Shown here piece by piece: positions 18,896 through 29,471 of a stretch of 64,000 nucleotides of DNA (position 1 is the stretch's first letter; every line of letters begins with the position of its first letter). The stretch is from Candidatus Latescibacterota bacterium (GTDB lineage: Bacteria > Latescibacterota > UBA2968), in assembly GCA_965204375.1 (NCBI GenBank), contig OZ241986.1, forward strand, positions 2,624,001 through 2,688,000, in the 5' to 3' direction. The notes beneath the pieces are model-generated. The model did no database searches and had not been told where the DNA came from. It was given only the letters and a program-made list of their open reading frames with translations. The position numbers and the translations under genes were made by a program.

Positions 18896-20131
18896 TTAAT
18901 TCAATTCTTCCATCGGGCCGAGTGCGACAAGCGCGGGATCCGCATCGAGAGGATATTGTTCGAGATAATCGGCAATGTGTTCTGGCGTAACGGCATCGAT
19001 CTCCGCGCGTTCTTCCTCGAGCGTTTTGAGCGGCGTATCAGTACTCAGACTACCCACAATTTGAGAAAAGCGAGAAAGACCGTTTTCTCCACTGCAAATA
19101 ATACCTGTAGCCTGCTTGGTCTTGGCGCGCTGGAGCGCGTCGTTATCAATCCCATTTTTTAACTCCGCCATTTCGCGCCGCACAATATCGAGAACCTGAG
19201 ACGCATTTTGCGGATCCACGGACAGATAAACGTAAAAAAGCCCCGCATCGCTAAAATTAATATACTCTGCCGAGGCTTCATCAGCCAGACCCTGTTGAAT
19301 AACAGACCAGTAGAGCCGGCTATTGGTCGATGCGCCCAAATAAGTAGAAAGCAGATCTGCAGTAGGGGCATGGTCATCGGAAGATGGCGGCGCGGGAAGC
19401 GCGAGCGCGATATGTTCGCGCGCCACACCATCGCGTTGCACAACGCGGTTTGAAGCGTGAAAAGTCGGGATAGATTGCTCCCGACCATGATCAGACACCT
19501 GCCAGCCTCCGCAATGTGCCTCAACCGCGCGAATAATCTCATCGCGATCAAACGCACCTGTAATAACAAACGTGAGATTATTGGGACCATAGCGCCGCTG
19601 GTGATATTCCGCCATCAAATCGCGGGTAATAGACTTCACCGTATCCTCTGTACCCAGCACACTCTGCCCTAAGGGATGATCGCCAAAAGCCTCTTGAATG
19701 AGATCATCGATAATAAGCGCATCGGGCTGGTCGTGATACATCGCAATCTCTTCGAGAATAACCTTCTTCTCCATATCAAACTCATCCGATGGCAAATTGG
19801 AGCACATCATATCGCTGAGAATCTCGATAGAATCCGTTGCCCGATCGCTTTGCACCCAGTGAAAATAGGCCGTACCCTCCCACCAGGTGTAGGCATTCCA
19901 CATAGCACCCAGATCATCGACATCGAGCGAAAGTTGCCGCCAGTCGCGCTTGGGCGTCCCCTTGAAACACATGTGTTCGAGAAAATGTGAAATCCCCAAA
20001 AGGTCTGAAGCTTCATCGCGCGATCCCGTCTGGGCAAAAAAACCCAGCGCAGCCGAACGAATGCGAGGAATCGTTTCAAAAACAAGCGTGAGACCATTGT
20101 CGAGGGTATGCGTGGAAAACGGTGAAGACAT
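18896..20131 (-). CDS. M16B (pitrilysin-family) peptidase, catalytic subunit
   Basis: GISHFLEHMCFKGT (HxxEH), EKKVILEEI. Confidence 0.9.
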   Translation of the reverse strand: MSSPFSTHTLDNGLTLVFETIPRIRSAALGFFAQTGSRDEASDLLGISHFLEHMCFKGTPKRDWRQLSLDVDDLGAMWNAYTWWEGTAYFHWVQSDRATDSIEILSDMMCSNLPSDEFDMEKKVILEEIAMYHDQPDALIIDDLIQEAFGDHPLGQSVLGTEDTVKSITRDLMAEYHQRRYGPNNLTFVITGAFDRDEIIRAVEAHCGGWQVSDHGREQSIPTFHASNRVVQRDGVAREHIALALPAPPSSDDHAPTADLLSTYLGASTNSRLYWSVIQQGLADEASAEYINFSDAGLFYVYLSVDPQNASQVLDIVRREMAELKNGIDNDALQRAKTKQATGIICSGENGLSRFSQIVGSLSTDTPLKTLEEERAEIDAVTPEHIADYLEQYPLDADPALVALGPMEELN

Positions 20132-20174
20132 GATTTGCTCCTGGAAAAACAGTGAAACGTAAAACGCTGATAGC

Positions 20175-21038
20175 TTATAAACTCTTCGCCATTGCAATAG
20201 CTTTGTGCTCGGGCAGATAGGGCACATCCGTACGATCCCAACTGCGTCTGCCGGCGACACAGTGAATACCCATCAGTTGTCGTTTTTGGGGGGTATCGGC
20301 CCAATTGACAATGCTTTGCGGCGGCGAATTGGCGATCCACTTTTTCACAAAAAAGGGCATATAGCCATAAATAACGATGCGCCGATCCATCGCACTGGTA
20401 TTGGCACATCCCGTATGCCAGCAGACCACGTTCCACAGCACGGCATCGCCGGCATTGAGAGTCATCTTCTCCATATTGGGCATGGTTTCCAGGGCATCTC
20501 CCGAATATTCTTCTTTGGGTGGATAATCCGGATTTGTATGCGTACCAGGCACCAGTGAAAAGCATCCCATATCTTCGTGCTGATCGTCGATAAAATAAAA
20601 AACCTTAATCTTGAGCGTATATTGCGGATGCGTCCAGGGCGGCCAGTCTCGGTGCCAGTTCGTGTGTGCAGCGGTGCCCGCATGGTGATTGTGATAGAGC
20701 ATTTCCATCACCTGATAATCTGCGCCGACGATATTTTCCACATAGGGAATAACACTGGGATTATTGGCCAAATCGAGAATGGTCTCATCTGTGTCAAAAT
20801 CCGGGCGAATAGTATGCGCGTGCGGCCCATTGCCATAGCCATTTCGAAACTTGCCGAGCCGGAGTTCTTCTTCCCGCTCTACGAGCGTCTCTGACTCGCG
20901 GCGGTCAAACGCTCGTCGCACCCGATCCAGACCAATGGGTTCAATGGCATTTTTAATCACGATATACCCATTTTCATCGTAAAAAGCGCGCTCCTCATCG
21001 GTTGGTGTCGAATATTGTATTGCATCGATTGTTGCCAT
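20175..21038 (-). CDS. Phytanoyl-CoA dioxygenase (PhyH) family Fe(II)/2OG enzyme
   Basis: FYDENGYIVI, NWHRD, LVPGTH, CWHTG. Confidence 0.85.
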   Translation of the reverse strand: MATIDAIQYSTPTDEERAFYDENGYIVIKNAIEPIGLDRVRRAFDRRESETLVEREEELRLGKFRNGYGNGPHAHTIRPDFDTDETILDLANNPSVIPYVENIVGADYQVMEMLYHNHHAGTAAHTNWHRDWPPWTHPQYTLKIKVFYFIDDQHEDMGCFSLVPGTHTNPDYPPKEEYSGDALETMPNMEKMTLNAGDAVLWNVVCWHTGCANTSAMDRRIVIYGYMPFFVKKWIANSPPQSIVNWADTPQKRQLMGIHCVAGRRSWDRTDVPYLPEHKAIAMAKSL

Positions 21039-21075
21039 AAATTGCTCCTGTGAAAACTGGGTGAACCTCTTACCT

Positions 21076-22314
21076 CTAACTACCTGTCTCCAGTGGCCGA
21101 GGCCCCAAAACCAGCAATGTACCAGGTCCTGGAGGAAAAGTCTCAATATATTGCGGAATCTGATCGAGGGTAACGGCATCAATGCCAGCGGCGATTTCGT
21201 CAATCGTTCGCACGCGGCCCTCGAGAAATAAATCTTCAATAATACCTCCAGCGCGGCCCTCGGGCAAATCGCCAATGGTAAAAAGGCGCCCCTTGAGCAC
21301 TGTCTTGGCCCGAATGAGTTCTTCGGCAGTGACATCGCGGCGCAATCGCGCAAGCTCCGATTGGCAGACATCCAGAGTCTCCTGGGCGCGGTCGGCAGTT
21401 GTGCCCGCATAAACCGCCATCAGACCGCCGCCCCGGTATGCCTGGTAAAAAGCCGACACACTATAGGCCAGGCCGCGTTTTTCGCGTACCTCTGTAAATA
21501 ATCGGCTCGATCCACCGCCGGAAAGAATAGCTATGGTGAGTTGTCCTGCGTAATAGAGACCGTGGCCTCGTGGAACACCGCAAGAGAGCAGACAAATATG
21601 GGCTTGCTCTGATGGCTTTTCGCGATGTACACTGCGATCAGCAACAGAAATAGGATGAAGGGATCCGCTGTCTGGTGCTTCACCTATCCACCCGCCAAAA
21701 ACATCGCCAACAGTCTCGATCACAGTTTCCGCATCCAGACCGCCTGCAACCCCAATGAGCAAATGGCCTGGCCTACAATGTGCATCCCAATGGCGACGAA
21801 CGCCCGCGGGTGTAATAGCCGACACTGTATCGGGTTCTCCGAGGGGAATCCTGCCCATCGGTGAGCCAAGCCCCGCCTTATAGGCCATATACATAGCCTG
21901 TTGTATGGGGTTATCTTCTATGCGTTTGAGTTCCTCAAGAGTGATGGTCTTGGCGATCTCGACCTGGTCACTGGGAAAAGACGCGCTGCGAAAAAGTTCG
22001 GCATAAAGTTCAAGTGCGGATTTGAATTTGTCGGGCAGGACTTGCGCGAGAAAAGAGGTATGTTCGACAGAGGTCGAAGAACTGCGCCTTATCCCAAGAC
22101 CGTCAAAAGCGTCAAATATGGCGCGTGCGTCGTGTCTGGGCGTACCTTTAAAAAGAACATCTTCGGCAATGCGCGTAATGCCCAATCTGTCGTTGAGATC
22201 GTCTTTCGCGCCAAAAGTAAAACGGAACGCAACAACAACCGATTGCGCGCCGGGCATGGATTCGACAACCGCGCGAATGCCGTTGTCGAGGGTATAAATT
22301 TGTGGCTCGGACAT
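21076..22314 (-). CDS. M16B peptidase, non-catalytic subunit
   Basis: HxxEH replaced by RIAED; keeps SGGGSSRLFTEVREKRGLAYSV. Confidence 0.88.
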   Translation of the reverse strand: MSEPQIYTLDNGIRAVVESMPGAQSVVVAFRFTFGAKDDLNDRLGITRIAEDVLFKGTPRHDARAIFDAFDGLGIRRSSSTSVEHTSFLAQVLPDKFKSALELYAELFRSASFPSDQVEIAKTITLEELKRIEDNPIQQAMYMAYKAGLGSPMGRIPLGEPDTVSAITPAGVRRHWDAHCRPGHLLIGVAGGLDAETVIETVGDVFGGWIGEAPDSGSLHPISVADRSVHREKPSEQAHICLLSCGVPRGHGLYYAGQLTIAILSGGGSSRLFTEVREKRGLAYSVSAFYQAYRGGGLMAVYAGTTADRAQETLDVCQSELARLRRDVTAEELIRAKTVLKGRLFTIGDLPEGRAGGIIEDLFLEGRVRTIDEIAAGIDAVTLDQIPQYIETFPPGPGTLLVLGPRPLETGS

Positions 22315-22471
22315 TGGGGTCCTCAGATAAAATGTAAGGGCAGTGCCTCTGTGACTAATGCAGGGGCGATACCTCAGCGCTCGCCCGATTGGTTTTTTTC
22401 ATGTAATAACATGAACGTATATTGTCAATAGATATTGTGACACTTATCTCTTTAAGGAGGTCATCATCTTC

Positions 22472-23446
22472 ATGAACGTCAAGGTCGAAAATTTGCGTGT
22501 GTTATGCCAATCTATTCTGACCGATCGCGGACTCGACGCGGCTGACGCGCATATTGTGACAGATATTTTGATCGAAGCCGAATTGCGCGGACGCCCAACA
22601 CATGGGATGATCCGCCTGCCCGGCATTGCCGAACGCATATCTCAAGGTACTCAATCCCCCATGATCGTGGAAAAAGACGCACCGGCTTATTCCCTCATCG
22701 ATGGACGGAATAATCTGGGCTATCTGGTAGCACATCGATGTGCGTGCGCTGCCATTGACAAAGCCAAACAGAGTGGGGTAGGCGTTGTGGGTGCGCGCGA
22801 TACCAGCCACAGTGGCATGCTGGGCTATTACGCCTCAATGATTGCCGCCGCGGAACAGGTCGGACTGGTTATGTGCAACACAGGCCCGCGCATTGTCCCC
22901 TGGGGCGGGCAACAGCCCATACTTGGAACAAATCCCATCGCAGCGGGATTCCCCGCAGCAGAAGGCCAGGTACTGGTCGATTTTTCATGCGCGGCAATTA
23001 CCAATGGCGAAATATTGGTGGCACTCAAAGACGGCAAAGAAATTCCCGCAGGACGCGCACTGGGACCAGATGGCAAGCCTACAACCGACCCCGAGCAAGC
23101 GCGCGCGGGTGGGGCATTGCCCTTTGGCGAACACAAAGGATACGCTTTAAGTGTAATGATTCAAATCTTTTCTGGTGTGTTGCTCAATGCTGCACCCGTA
23201 CCTGAAATGGGAAAAAATTACGGGATTTTCATGCTGGCCATTGATCCCTCAATTTTTTTAGGAATGGACATTTTTCAATCGGGCGTTAGCGAAGTCATCC
23301 ACGCCATTAAAAATTCAATGTCCGCAGATGGCGTAACCGAAATTTTGATCCCGGGTGAGCGCGCCTTCAGAGAACGCGCGATGCGGATACAGTCGGGTGT
23401 GGATATCGACAATGAATTAATGGAAGAACTCCAGCAATTGGCGTAG
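22472..23446 (+). CDS. Ldh_2 family (malate/lactate/ureidoglycolate) dehydrogenase
   Basis: GRPTHGMIRL, SHSGMLGYY, LGTNPIA, FGEHKGYAL, IPGE. Confidence 0.9.
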   Translation: MNVKVENLRVLCQSILTDRGLDAADAHIVTDILIEAELRGRPTHGMIRLPGIAERISQGTQSPMIVEKDAPAYSLIDGRNNLGYLVAHRCACAAIDKAKQSGVGVVGARDTSHSGMLGYYASMIAAAEQVGLVMCNTGPRIVPWGGQQPILGTNPIAAGFPAAEGQVLVDFSCAAITNGEILVALKDGKEIPAGRALGPDGKPTTDPEQARAGGALPFGEHKGYALSVMIQIFSGVLLNAAPVPEMGKNYGIFMLAIDPSIFLGMDIFQSGVSEVIHAIKNSMSADGVTEILIPGERAFRERAMRIQSGVDIDNELMEELQQLA

Positions 23447-23472
23447 AGATGTGTCCTCTCACCTCTTTACCC

Positions 23473-23501
23473 TTGACAGCCCGAATGTGGTTGGCTACCT
23501 T
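23473..23501 (+). promoter_or_regulatory. sigma70-type promoter upstream of the lysine riboswitch
   Basis: TTGACA-17 bp-TACCTT, ~10 bp before the riboswitch P1. Confidence 0.6.
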
Positions 23502-23510
23502 TCCGTTCCG

Positions 23511-23697
23511 CAAGGGTAGAGGCGCGAGCGATCATCAGTATGCGGCGCAGGAGGCGAAACGGAGTACTGCTCCACTGTGCCAACAAAAAGGGATCGTTCG
23601 CCGAAGTCCTGGCCTGTTTCGCCACAGGGCAGGGCTGGTTCAGTGGATAATATCTGCTGAACTGTCACGGGAAAAGTTTCCGTGGAGAGCTCTCTTG
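23511..23697 (+). ncRNA. Lysine riboswitch (L-box)
   Basis: AGAGGCGC…AGTA…AAAGGG…GCCGAA…GCTG…ACTGTCA…GGAGAGCT core; P1 CAAGGG/CTCTTG; directly upstream of dapA. Confidence 0.88.
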
Positions 23698-23789
23698 TTC
23701 GCGAGATTTTCTGCTGCGTTTAGCGTCTGGCGATACCCTTGAGAAGCCAGCGCTTTTTTTATCGCAAAGTGCAGAAACTGGAGGTTTTT

Positions 23790-24818
23790 ATGTTGCAAGG
23801 ATGTCATACGGCCTTAATCACACCCCTGACTGCCAACCATGCCCTGGACCAGGATGGTCTGGAAAAACTGGTGGCATTTCAGATTTCTGAAGGGATTGAT
23901 GGCCTTTTGGCCTGCGGCACGACGGCTGAGAGTCCAACCCTGAGCAGTGATGAACAAAGCTTGATTACACGCGTAGTGTGCAGCCAGGCCCGAGAGCAAT
24001 GCCGTGCCATTGGGGGAGCGGGCAGCAACTCGACGGCAAAAACCTTAAAAGCGGCTGAATACGCCGCGCAAGTAGGCGCAGACTCCATCCTGCTCGTCGA
24101 TCCCTATTACAACGGACCAAGTTCTCTGGAAATTCGCAAAGAATACGTCGAACCCGTAGCCCGTGCATTTCCCGAACTGGACATGATTCCCTATGTCATA
24201 CCCGGTCGATCCGGCACGAAATTGCTCCCAGAAGACCTCGGTATCTTGTATTCCGAATACAAAAATGTGAACACCGTGAAAGAGGCCACAGGCGACCTGG
24301 ATAATATGGCGCGCACCCGCGAATGTTGTGGCGATACATTTTCGATCATGTCCGGTGACGACGACAAAACATTTGACATGATGACCAGTGACCAGATTGA
24401 CGCCGCAGGTGTAATCAGTGTGATTTCCAATGTGGCCCCCGGTCCTGTGACAAAAATGGTACATGCCCTTCAAAGCGGAGACATGGACGAAGCAGACCGC
24501 CTGCACGCCGGACTAAAACCCTTATTTGGGATGGTCGGCGTTGTATCCGAAGAACAAACACCTTACGGTGTGACAGAAGTCAAGGCGCGCAATCCATTGC
24601 CGGTTAAAACACTGATGAATATTTTGGGCATGCCAGCCGGACCGTGTCGCCAGCCATTGGGAAAAATGAACCGCGCTGGACTGGACATCGTACTGGGCAT
24701 TGCCCGCGAAGTACAGGCCAATAACCCAGAGGTATTCGCGCCCATAGCGTCATTTTTTGGCACAGACATAGCGCAACGCTTGAACAATGATTCGGTACTG
24801 GCAGGACTGGCGTATTGA
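23790..24818 (+). CDS. dapA: 4-hydroxy-tetrahydrodipicolinate synthase
   Basis: TALITP, GTTAESPTL, PYYN, YVIPGRSG, KEATG, SGDD; riboswitch and dapB context. Confidence 0.93.
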   Translation: MLQGCHTALITPLTANHALDQDGLEKLVAFQISEGIDGLLACGTTAESPTLSSDEQSLITRVVCSQAREQCRAIGGAGSNSTAKTLKAAEYAAQVGADSILLVDPYYNGPSSLEIRKEYVEPVARAFPELDMIPYVIPGRSGTKLLPEDLGILYSEYKNVNTVKEATGDLDNMARTRECCGDTFSIMSGDDDKTFDMMTSDQIDAAGVISVISNVAPGPVTKMVHALQSGDMDEADRLHAGLKPLFGMVGVVSEEQTPYGVTEVKARNPLPVKTLMNILGMPAGPCRQPLGKMNRAGLDIVLGIAREVQANNPEVFAPIASFFGTDIAQRLNNDSVLAGLAY

Positions 24819-24839
24819 TAGCTTTTTTCTGGAGCAATT

Positions 24840-25646
24840 ATGATTAAGGTGGGTATTTGTGGTATTGCCGGGCGGATGGGACAGCGAATTTCTCATCTGA
24901 CCCTCGAAGCCGAAGGACTGGATATAGGCGGTGGAGTCGAGTTTCCAGGTCATCCCGTAATTGGAAAAGACATTGGCGAAGTCATAGGCGTTCCGCCCAA
25001 AGGTATATCAGTAGTGGATACGGTCGAGGCAATGACGGACAATGTCGATGTAATCACGGCATTCACCGCGCCCCCTGACCCGACAGTTGTCGCAGCAGAA
25101 ATAGCTGGACGCGCTGGCGTGCCGATGGTCATTGGCACAACGGGTTTGTCGCCCGATCAGGTAGAAACAATGACACAGGCTCTGAAAGACGTGGCCTGTG
25201 TATTCGCACCCAATTTCAGCGTAGGTGTAACCGTATTAGTGCAACTCGTCGAAGAAGCCGCGCGTATTCTGGGCGGCGATTACGATGCAGAAATTGTCGA
25301 AGCGCACCATCGATTTAAAACCGATGCGCCATCGGGAACGGCTTACGCACTGGCCGACGCCACAGCAAGGGGATTGGATCGCAACTTGCAAGAGGTGGGC
25401 GTATATGGTCGCTATGGCGATACGAGCGTGCGGACACGCGAAGAAATCGGCGTACACGCCATTCGTGCCGGCGATATCGTCGGCGAACACACGGTCATGT
25501 TCGGAGGCATTGGAGAAACCATCGAACTCGTCCATCGCGCACAAAGTCGCGATACATTCGCCTCCGGCGTGATTCGGGCTATCCCCTTTGCCGTTGGCGC
25601 CGCCCCGGGGATGTATGACATGCGCGATGTATTGGGATTAAAATAA
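24840..25646 (+). CDS. dapB: 4-hydroxy-tetrahydrodipicolinate reductase
   Basis: GIAGRMG, IGTTG, EAHHRFKTDAPSGTA, GDIVGEH. Confidence 0.95.
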   Translation: MIKVGICGIAGRMGQRISHLTLEAEGLDIGGGVEFPGHPVIGKDIGEVIGVPPKGISVVDTVEAMTDNVDVITAFTAPPDPTVVAAEIAGRAGVPMVIGTTGLSPDQVETMTQALKDVACVFAPNFSVGVTVLVQLVEEAARILGGDYDAEIVEAHHRFKTDAPSGTAYALADATARGLDRNLQEVGVYGRYGDTSVRTREEIGVHAIRAGDIVGEHTVMFGGIGETIELVHRAQSRDTFASGVIRAIPFAVGAAPGMYDMRDVLGLK

Positions 25647-25677
25647 AAAAGGTAAAACGCAAAAGAGGAGGAAATTC

Positions 25678-27585
25678 ATGAGTGTTGATGTGCATGCGGC
25701 ATTTGATGCCGGACAAACCCTTGCTGTGGCAGATCGGATTTTGATCTCACCACAGGCGGGTTCTTTGCAGAGCCGCGTAGATGAACTCTTAGACGCAATA
25801 AAAAATAGCGGAGCCTCTGGCGACTTAATTTGCAAGACATTGATTCAGTTGGGCATGAACTTTGTCGGACGCGATGCCGAGATTGTTGGATATGGCGCTG
25901 AGGAAATAGACGCTGCACTCGACAGTGTGTTAGACGCGCTCGATAATCTGGAAGGCGATCACGCGACTGGTGTTGTGAATGGCTTTTTGGCCGACATGAA
26001 ATCCGTGAACCTCGCCGATAGTCTTTCGGGATTATTGGCCGAGCGGATCGAGTCAAATCTGGACACTAACAATCCCGCGCGGTCATTTTTGGAATTGCTC
26101 AAGACCAATATGCGCGGCGGAGTGTATTGGCAAATGATCGGTGAAAATGTCTGTAAATTTGGCAATGACTTTGCGCGCGGTCTGGAATACTTGCGTCACT
26201 ACGGCTTTTGCCAGGTCTCCACAAACCCGGTATTGGCTGCCAAAGCATTTGACGAAGACCCCTCGCTGGATGATGAACTCAAAGCCGAGATCGCCAGGCA
26301 CGAAGAGTGGAAAGCCGATCCCGAGAAATATGCCGATGACATTGTAATGGCTGCCACACTGATCGCGCTGTGGCCCAATCTCTCAATCTTTCGGCCCCTG
26401 GCGATGTACACGGGACTGAAAGACTACATGGTGAGTTTTCAACTCAATCCCAATATCGCAGATCAAGCCGATGCCAGCATCGAAGATGCGCGCAACGCAT
26501 ATCGCATTGCCGATGACTATTTGAAGGGATATGACAAATTATTGGGCGTCAGCGATATAACCCTGGATCCCAATATCGTATTCAAGGTCGGCGGTGGACA
26601 CGAAGCAGCGCGAAAAATCACGACCGTGCTCAACAGCGCAGGCATTGGCACAAATAACACGGTCGTTTATACCGTTGTCCAGGAAGTGCAACTCGTCATC
26701 GATGCTTTTGAAGGCAAAGCCAGAGCGGCACAGGCCGGTAAGCAAGTGGTGAGAACTTATGAAACGAATATGGGAGGACGGTTTGTAAGCCATTTGCGCG
26801 AAGTAGAAGCCGAAAAGCTATTCGGAGCATTATCAGAAGATCGCGCCAGTGAATTGCTCGCCGAACTCGCTTCAGATCTGGAAGTCGATATATCCGAAGG
26901 GACATTGGCAGAACAAACGGCTGCAACATGTTCTTATGCCCACCTGAAGTCACTGGATCATCCCGTAATCTTAAAAGTTGCCGAAGCGGCCGGTCAATCT
27001 TCAGAAGCAATTGTGCAACTCGAAGCCGATTTAAAAAAAGCGGGGACGGTCGTTGCGCGACGCGTACATTGGATTTTTTACGCGCCTGAAAATCGGCCCA
27101 AATGGGTTGCCTACTTGTCAGACACCTACGGTTTGACAGAAGATCAGGCACAGTGGATTTTGGCGTCAATGGATGTACTGCCCGCGTCCAAACGCGTTCC
27201 CGATGACACGCTTCACGCACTGGGCGAAAACATGTGCCATACAGAATTTCCCAACCATCAACGCGCCGTTCAACTCGTATCAGAAGAACCCGACTTTGAT
27301 CTGGACGAACTCAGGGGATCAATCGGCCATGAATACGAACCCGGCGTAGCACAGCGACTTTACGAATTACCCGATTTTCAGAAGGGCTACGATCTGACGC
27401 CCTCGCTAAAGGATTTTCTCGAGAACGAGGTTCAAATTGATCTGAGCGGCTGGCAAACGCGGGGCATGGAACCCGGCGACTGGCCCGAATTTGGATCGGT
27501 TCAAAAAACCACCGCTGAGTTTAAGGCCGCGTATGACGCATTTTTGGTGCGATGCGTTGAACTGGCCAAAGAAGTTGCTGGATAG
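25678..27585 (+). CDS. Divergent long transaldolase-family protein
   Basis: GND…VSTNPVL…SFQLNP…NIVFKV…GIGTNNTVVYT…GGRF, colinear with transaldolase motifs; ~150-aa N-terminal extension. Confidence 0.7.
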   Translation: MSVDVHAAFDAGQTLAVADRILISPQAGSLQSRVDELLDAIKNSGASGDLICKTLIQLGMNFVGRDAEIVGYGAEEIDAALDSVLDALDNLEGDHATGVVNGFLADMKSVNLADSLSGLLAERIESNLDTNNPARSFLELLKTNMRGGVYWQMIGENVCKFGNDFARGLEYLRHYGFCQVSTNPVLAAKAFDEDPSLDDELKAEIARHEEWKADPEKYADDIVMAATLIALWPNLSIFRPLAMYTGLKDYMVSFQLNPNIADQADASIEDARNAYRIADDYLKGYDKLLGVSDITLDPNIVFKVGGGHEAARKITTVLNSAGIGTNNTVVYTVVQEVQLVIDAFEGKARAAQAGKQVVRTYETNMGGRFVSHLREVEAEKLFGALSEDRASELLAELASDLEVDISEGTLAEQTAATCSYAHLKSLDHPVILKVAEAAGQSSEAIVQLEADLKKAGTVVARRVHWIFYAPENRPKWVAYLSDTYGLTEDQAQWILASMDVLPASKRVPDDTLHALGENMCHTEFPNHQRAVQLVSEEPDFDLDELRGSIGHEYEPGVAQRLYELPDFQKGYDLTPSLKDFLENEVQIDLSGWQTRGMEPGDWPEFGSVQKTTAEFKAAYDAFLVRCVELAKEVAG

Positions 27586-27627
27586 AAGGTTGTCTTGCGG
27601 GGATGAGGCTGTTTCCCAGAATTCGCA

Positions 27628-28197
27628 TCACTTATCCCCGCTTTTCATCTGCGCGTTTAAAATAGCACTTATTCCCTCCCGATTCTCGATGCGGACAAAA
27701 TACGATTCTTCGTGACCCTCTGCCGAAAGCACCATCACATCCCGCATATTTTCGCCGCTCTCATCCCTCTGTTGTTCCAATCGCCACATCATCACATACT
27801 CTGTTCCCGGGGCGCGTTGCCAGGGTACCAGAGGATCCACATCAACCAATTTTCGAGGTTCTGCCCCACTAAAGTCCGCGCCTGTAGCAGTATGCACGGT
27901 AAACTTGATCTGTCCATTGCGCATATCGTAAGCCACCTGCCCTTTTTCCGAAAAATTCCGCTGGATGTGAGGTTCTATCACCGCCAGTGAATACGTACTG
28001 TCGCTGAGCACGAGAATTGTAATTTCTCGTGCCAGATCATCTTCTCCACGCATCCCGGTCTCGCTCCCTGCATACATAAACCAGGCGCCCATTGGCGTGT
28101 CCAATTTCTGTTGCGTCACAGTCTGATCATTCTTTTTTTCCTCCCCAGCACATCCCGCGATCAGACAAAATAATACCACACCCAATACCTGTTTCAT
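27628..28197 (-). CDS. Hypothetical lipoprotein
   Basis: Lipobox IAGC; GGAGG RBS. Confidence 0.7.
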   Translation of the reverse strand: MKQVLGVVLFCLIAGCAGEEKKNDQTVTQQKLDTPMGAWFMYAGSETGMRGEDDLAREITILVLSDSTYSLAVIEPHIQRNFSEKGQVAYDMRNGQIKFTVHTATGADFSGAEPRKLVDVDPLVPWQRAPGTEYVMMWRLEQQRDESGENMRDVMVLSAEGHEESYFVRIENREGISAILNAQMKSGDK

Positions 28198-28212
28198 GAA
28201 CCCTCCATATAT

Positions 28213-28243
28213 AAAAGCGGCCCAAACAAAAATTTGGACCGCT
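28213..28243 (-). terminator. Terminator after dnaJ
   Basis: AGCGGCCCAAA…TTTGGACCGCT hairpin with a T-run on the minus strand. Confidence 0.55.
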
Positions 28244-28267
28244 CACCTGTTTTTCGTGTGATGTACA

Positions 28268-29422
28268 CTATCCTCCAAATGCTTCTTTAAATCGCTCAAA
28301 AAAACCTTTTCCACCTTCTGGGGGCTGTATGTTTTCCAATTTTGCCAACTTGGCAAACAATTCCTCTTCTTCCCTGCTCAATTTGGCGGGCGTCCAGACC
28401 ATCACGCGCACGAGTTGATCGCCCGTGCGATATCCATCCAATTCGGGAATACCCTTGCCACGCAATCTAAAAATCCGCCCCGATTGCGTTCCCGCAGGAA
28501 TTTTCATACTCACGCGACCAGTTAGCGTTGGCACTTCTATATCTGCTCCCAGAGCTGCCTGACTAAAACTAATGGGCAAGTCATACACAATATCGTTGCC
28601 GTGTCTTTCAAAATGGTCGTGTTCTTCTTCTTCAATAAAAACCATACAATCGCCCGCTGGTCCGCCATTAGGCCCGGCATTGCCCTGCCCTCGCAAGGGA
28701 ATATAATTGCCTTCGGAAATGCCAGCGGGGATATTGACTGAAAGATCTTTCTGCTTCTTCACCCGCCCCTGCCCCTGACAACTGTCACATCGCTCGCGCA
28801 CCACGTTGCCAGTGCCATTGCACTGCGGGCAAGTTGTGACATTGACAAACTGCCCAAACAAGGAGCGCGTCGCCTGCCGAATCTGTCCCACACCACCACA
28901 CATATCGCATGTTACGGGCGCACTTCCCGGCTTTGCCCCAGTACCTCCGCACGTATCACAGGTCTCCAGCCGCGACAGCCGAATGGTTTTTTGAGCACCC
29001 TCGGCAATCTCCTCTAATGTCAGACTGATCGAAATCCTCAAATCTTCGCCGCGATTTGACCGCCGTGGGCTGCGCCGACCAAACAAATCGCCAAAGATAC
29101 CACCGCCGAAGATCTCATCCAGATTGGAAAAAATATCTTGAAAATCACCGGCGTGCGAAAAGTCTGACCACTGAAAGCCACCGCCCCGGAAGGTACTGCT
29201 GACGCCCTCGTGACCAAACCGATCATACGCCTGCCGCTTTTGGGTATCCATCAGCACTTCATAAGCCTCGGCACCTTCTTTGAACATTTCCTCAGCCTGT
29301 GGATTGTCCTTATTGCGATCCGGGTGATATTTCAGCGCGTGCTTGCGATAAGCTTTCTTAACATCATCTTCAGAAGCATTGCGATCCACACCCAATATCT
29401 CGTAATAATCTCTTTTGGCCAT
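28268..29422 (-). CDS. dnaJ: Chaperone DnaJ
   Basis: J domain with HPD, G/F region, four CxxCxGxG repeats. Confidence 0.97.
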   Translation of the reverse strand: MAKRDYYEILGVDRNASEDDVKKAYRKHALKYHPDRNKDNPQAEEMFKEGAEAYEVLMDTQKRQAYDRFGHEGVSSTFRGGGFQWSDFSHAGDFQDIFSNLDEIFGGGIFGDLFGRRSPRRSNRGEDLRISISLTLEEIAEGAQKTIRLSRLETCDTCGGTGAKPGSAPVTCDMCGGVGQIRQATRSLFGQFVNVTTCPQCNGTGNVVRERCDSCQGQGRVKKQKDLSVNIPAGISEGNYIPLRGQGNAGPNGGPAGDCMVFIEEEEHDHFERHGNDIVYDLPISFSQAALGADIEVPTLTGRVSMKIPAGTQSGRIFRLRGKGIPELDGYRTGDQLVRVMVWTPAKLSREEEELFAKLAKLENIQPPEGGKGFFERFKEAFGG

Positions 29423-29471
29423 TAACCTTTCCCATCAACATGCAAAAAGAGCCGCACAGTTGCGACCCTGT

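Noticed and set aside
20175-21410. 411-aa extended ORF for the PhyH gene
   Set aside because: The extension overlaps the M16 gene in another frame; an RBS supports the ATG at 21038
23449-23742. 97-aa ORF upstream of dapA
   Set aside because: It coincides with the promoter and lysine riboswitch
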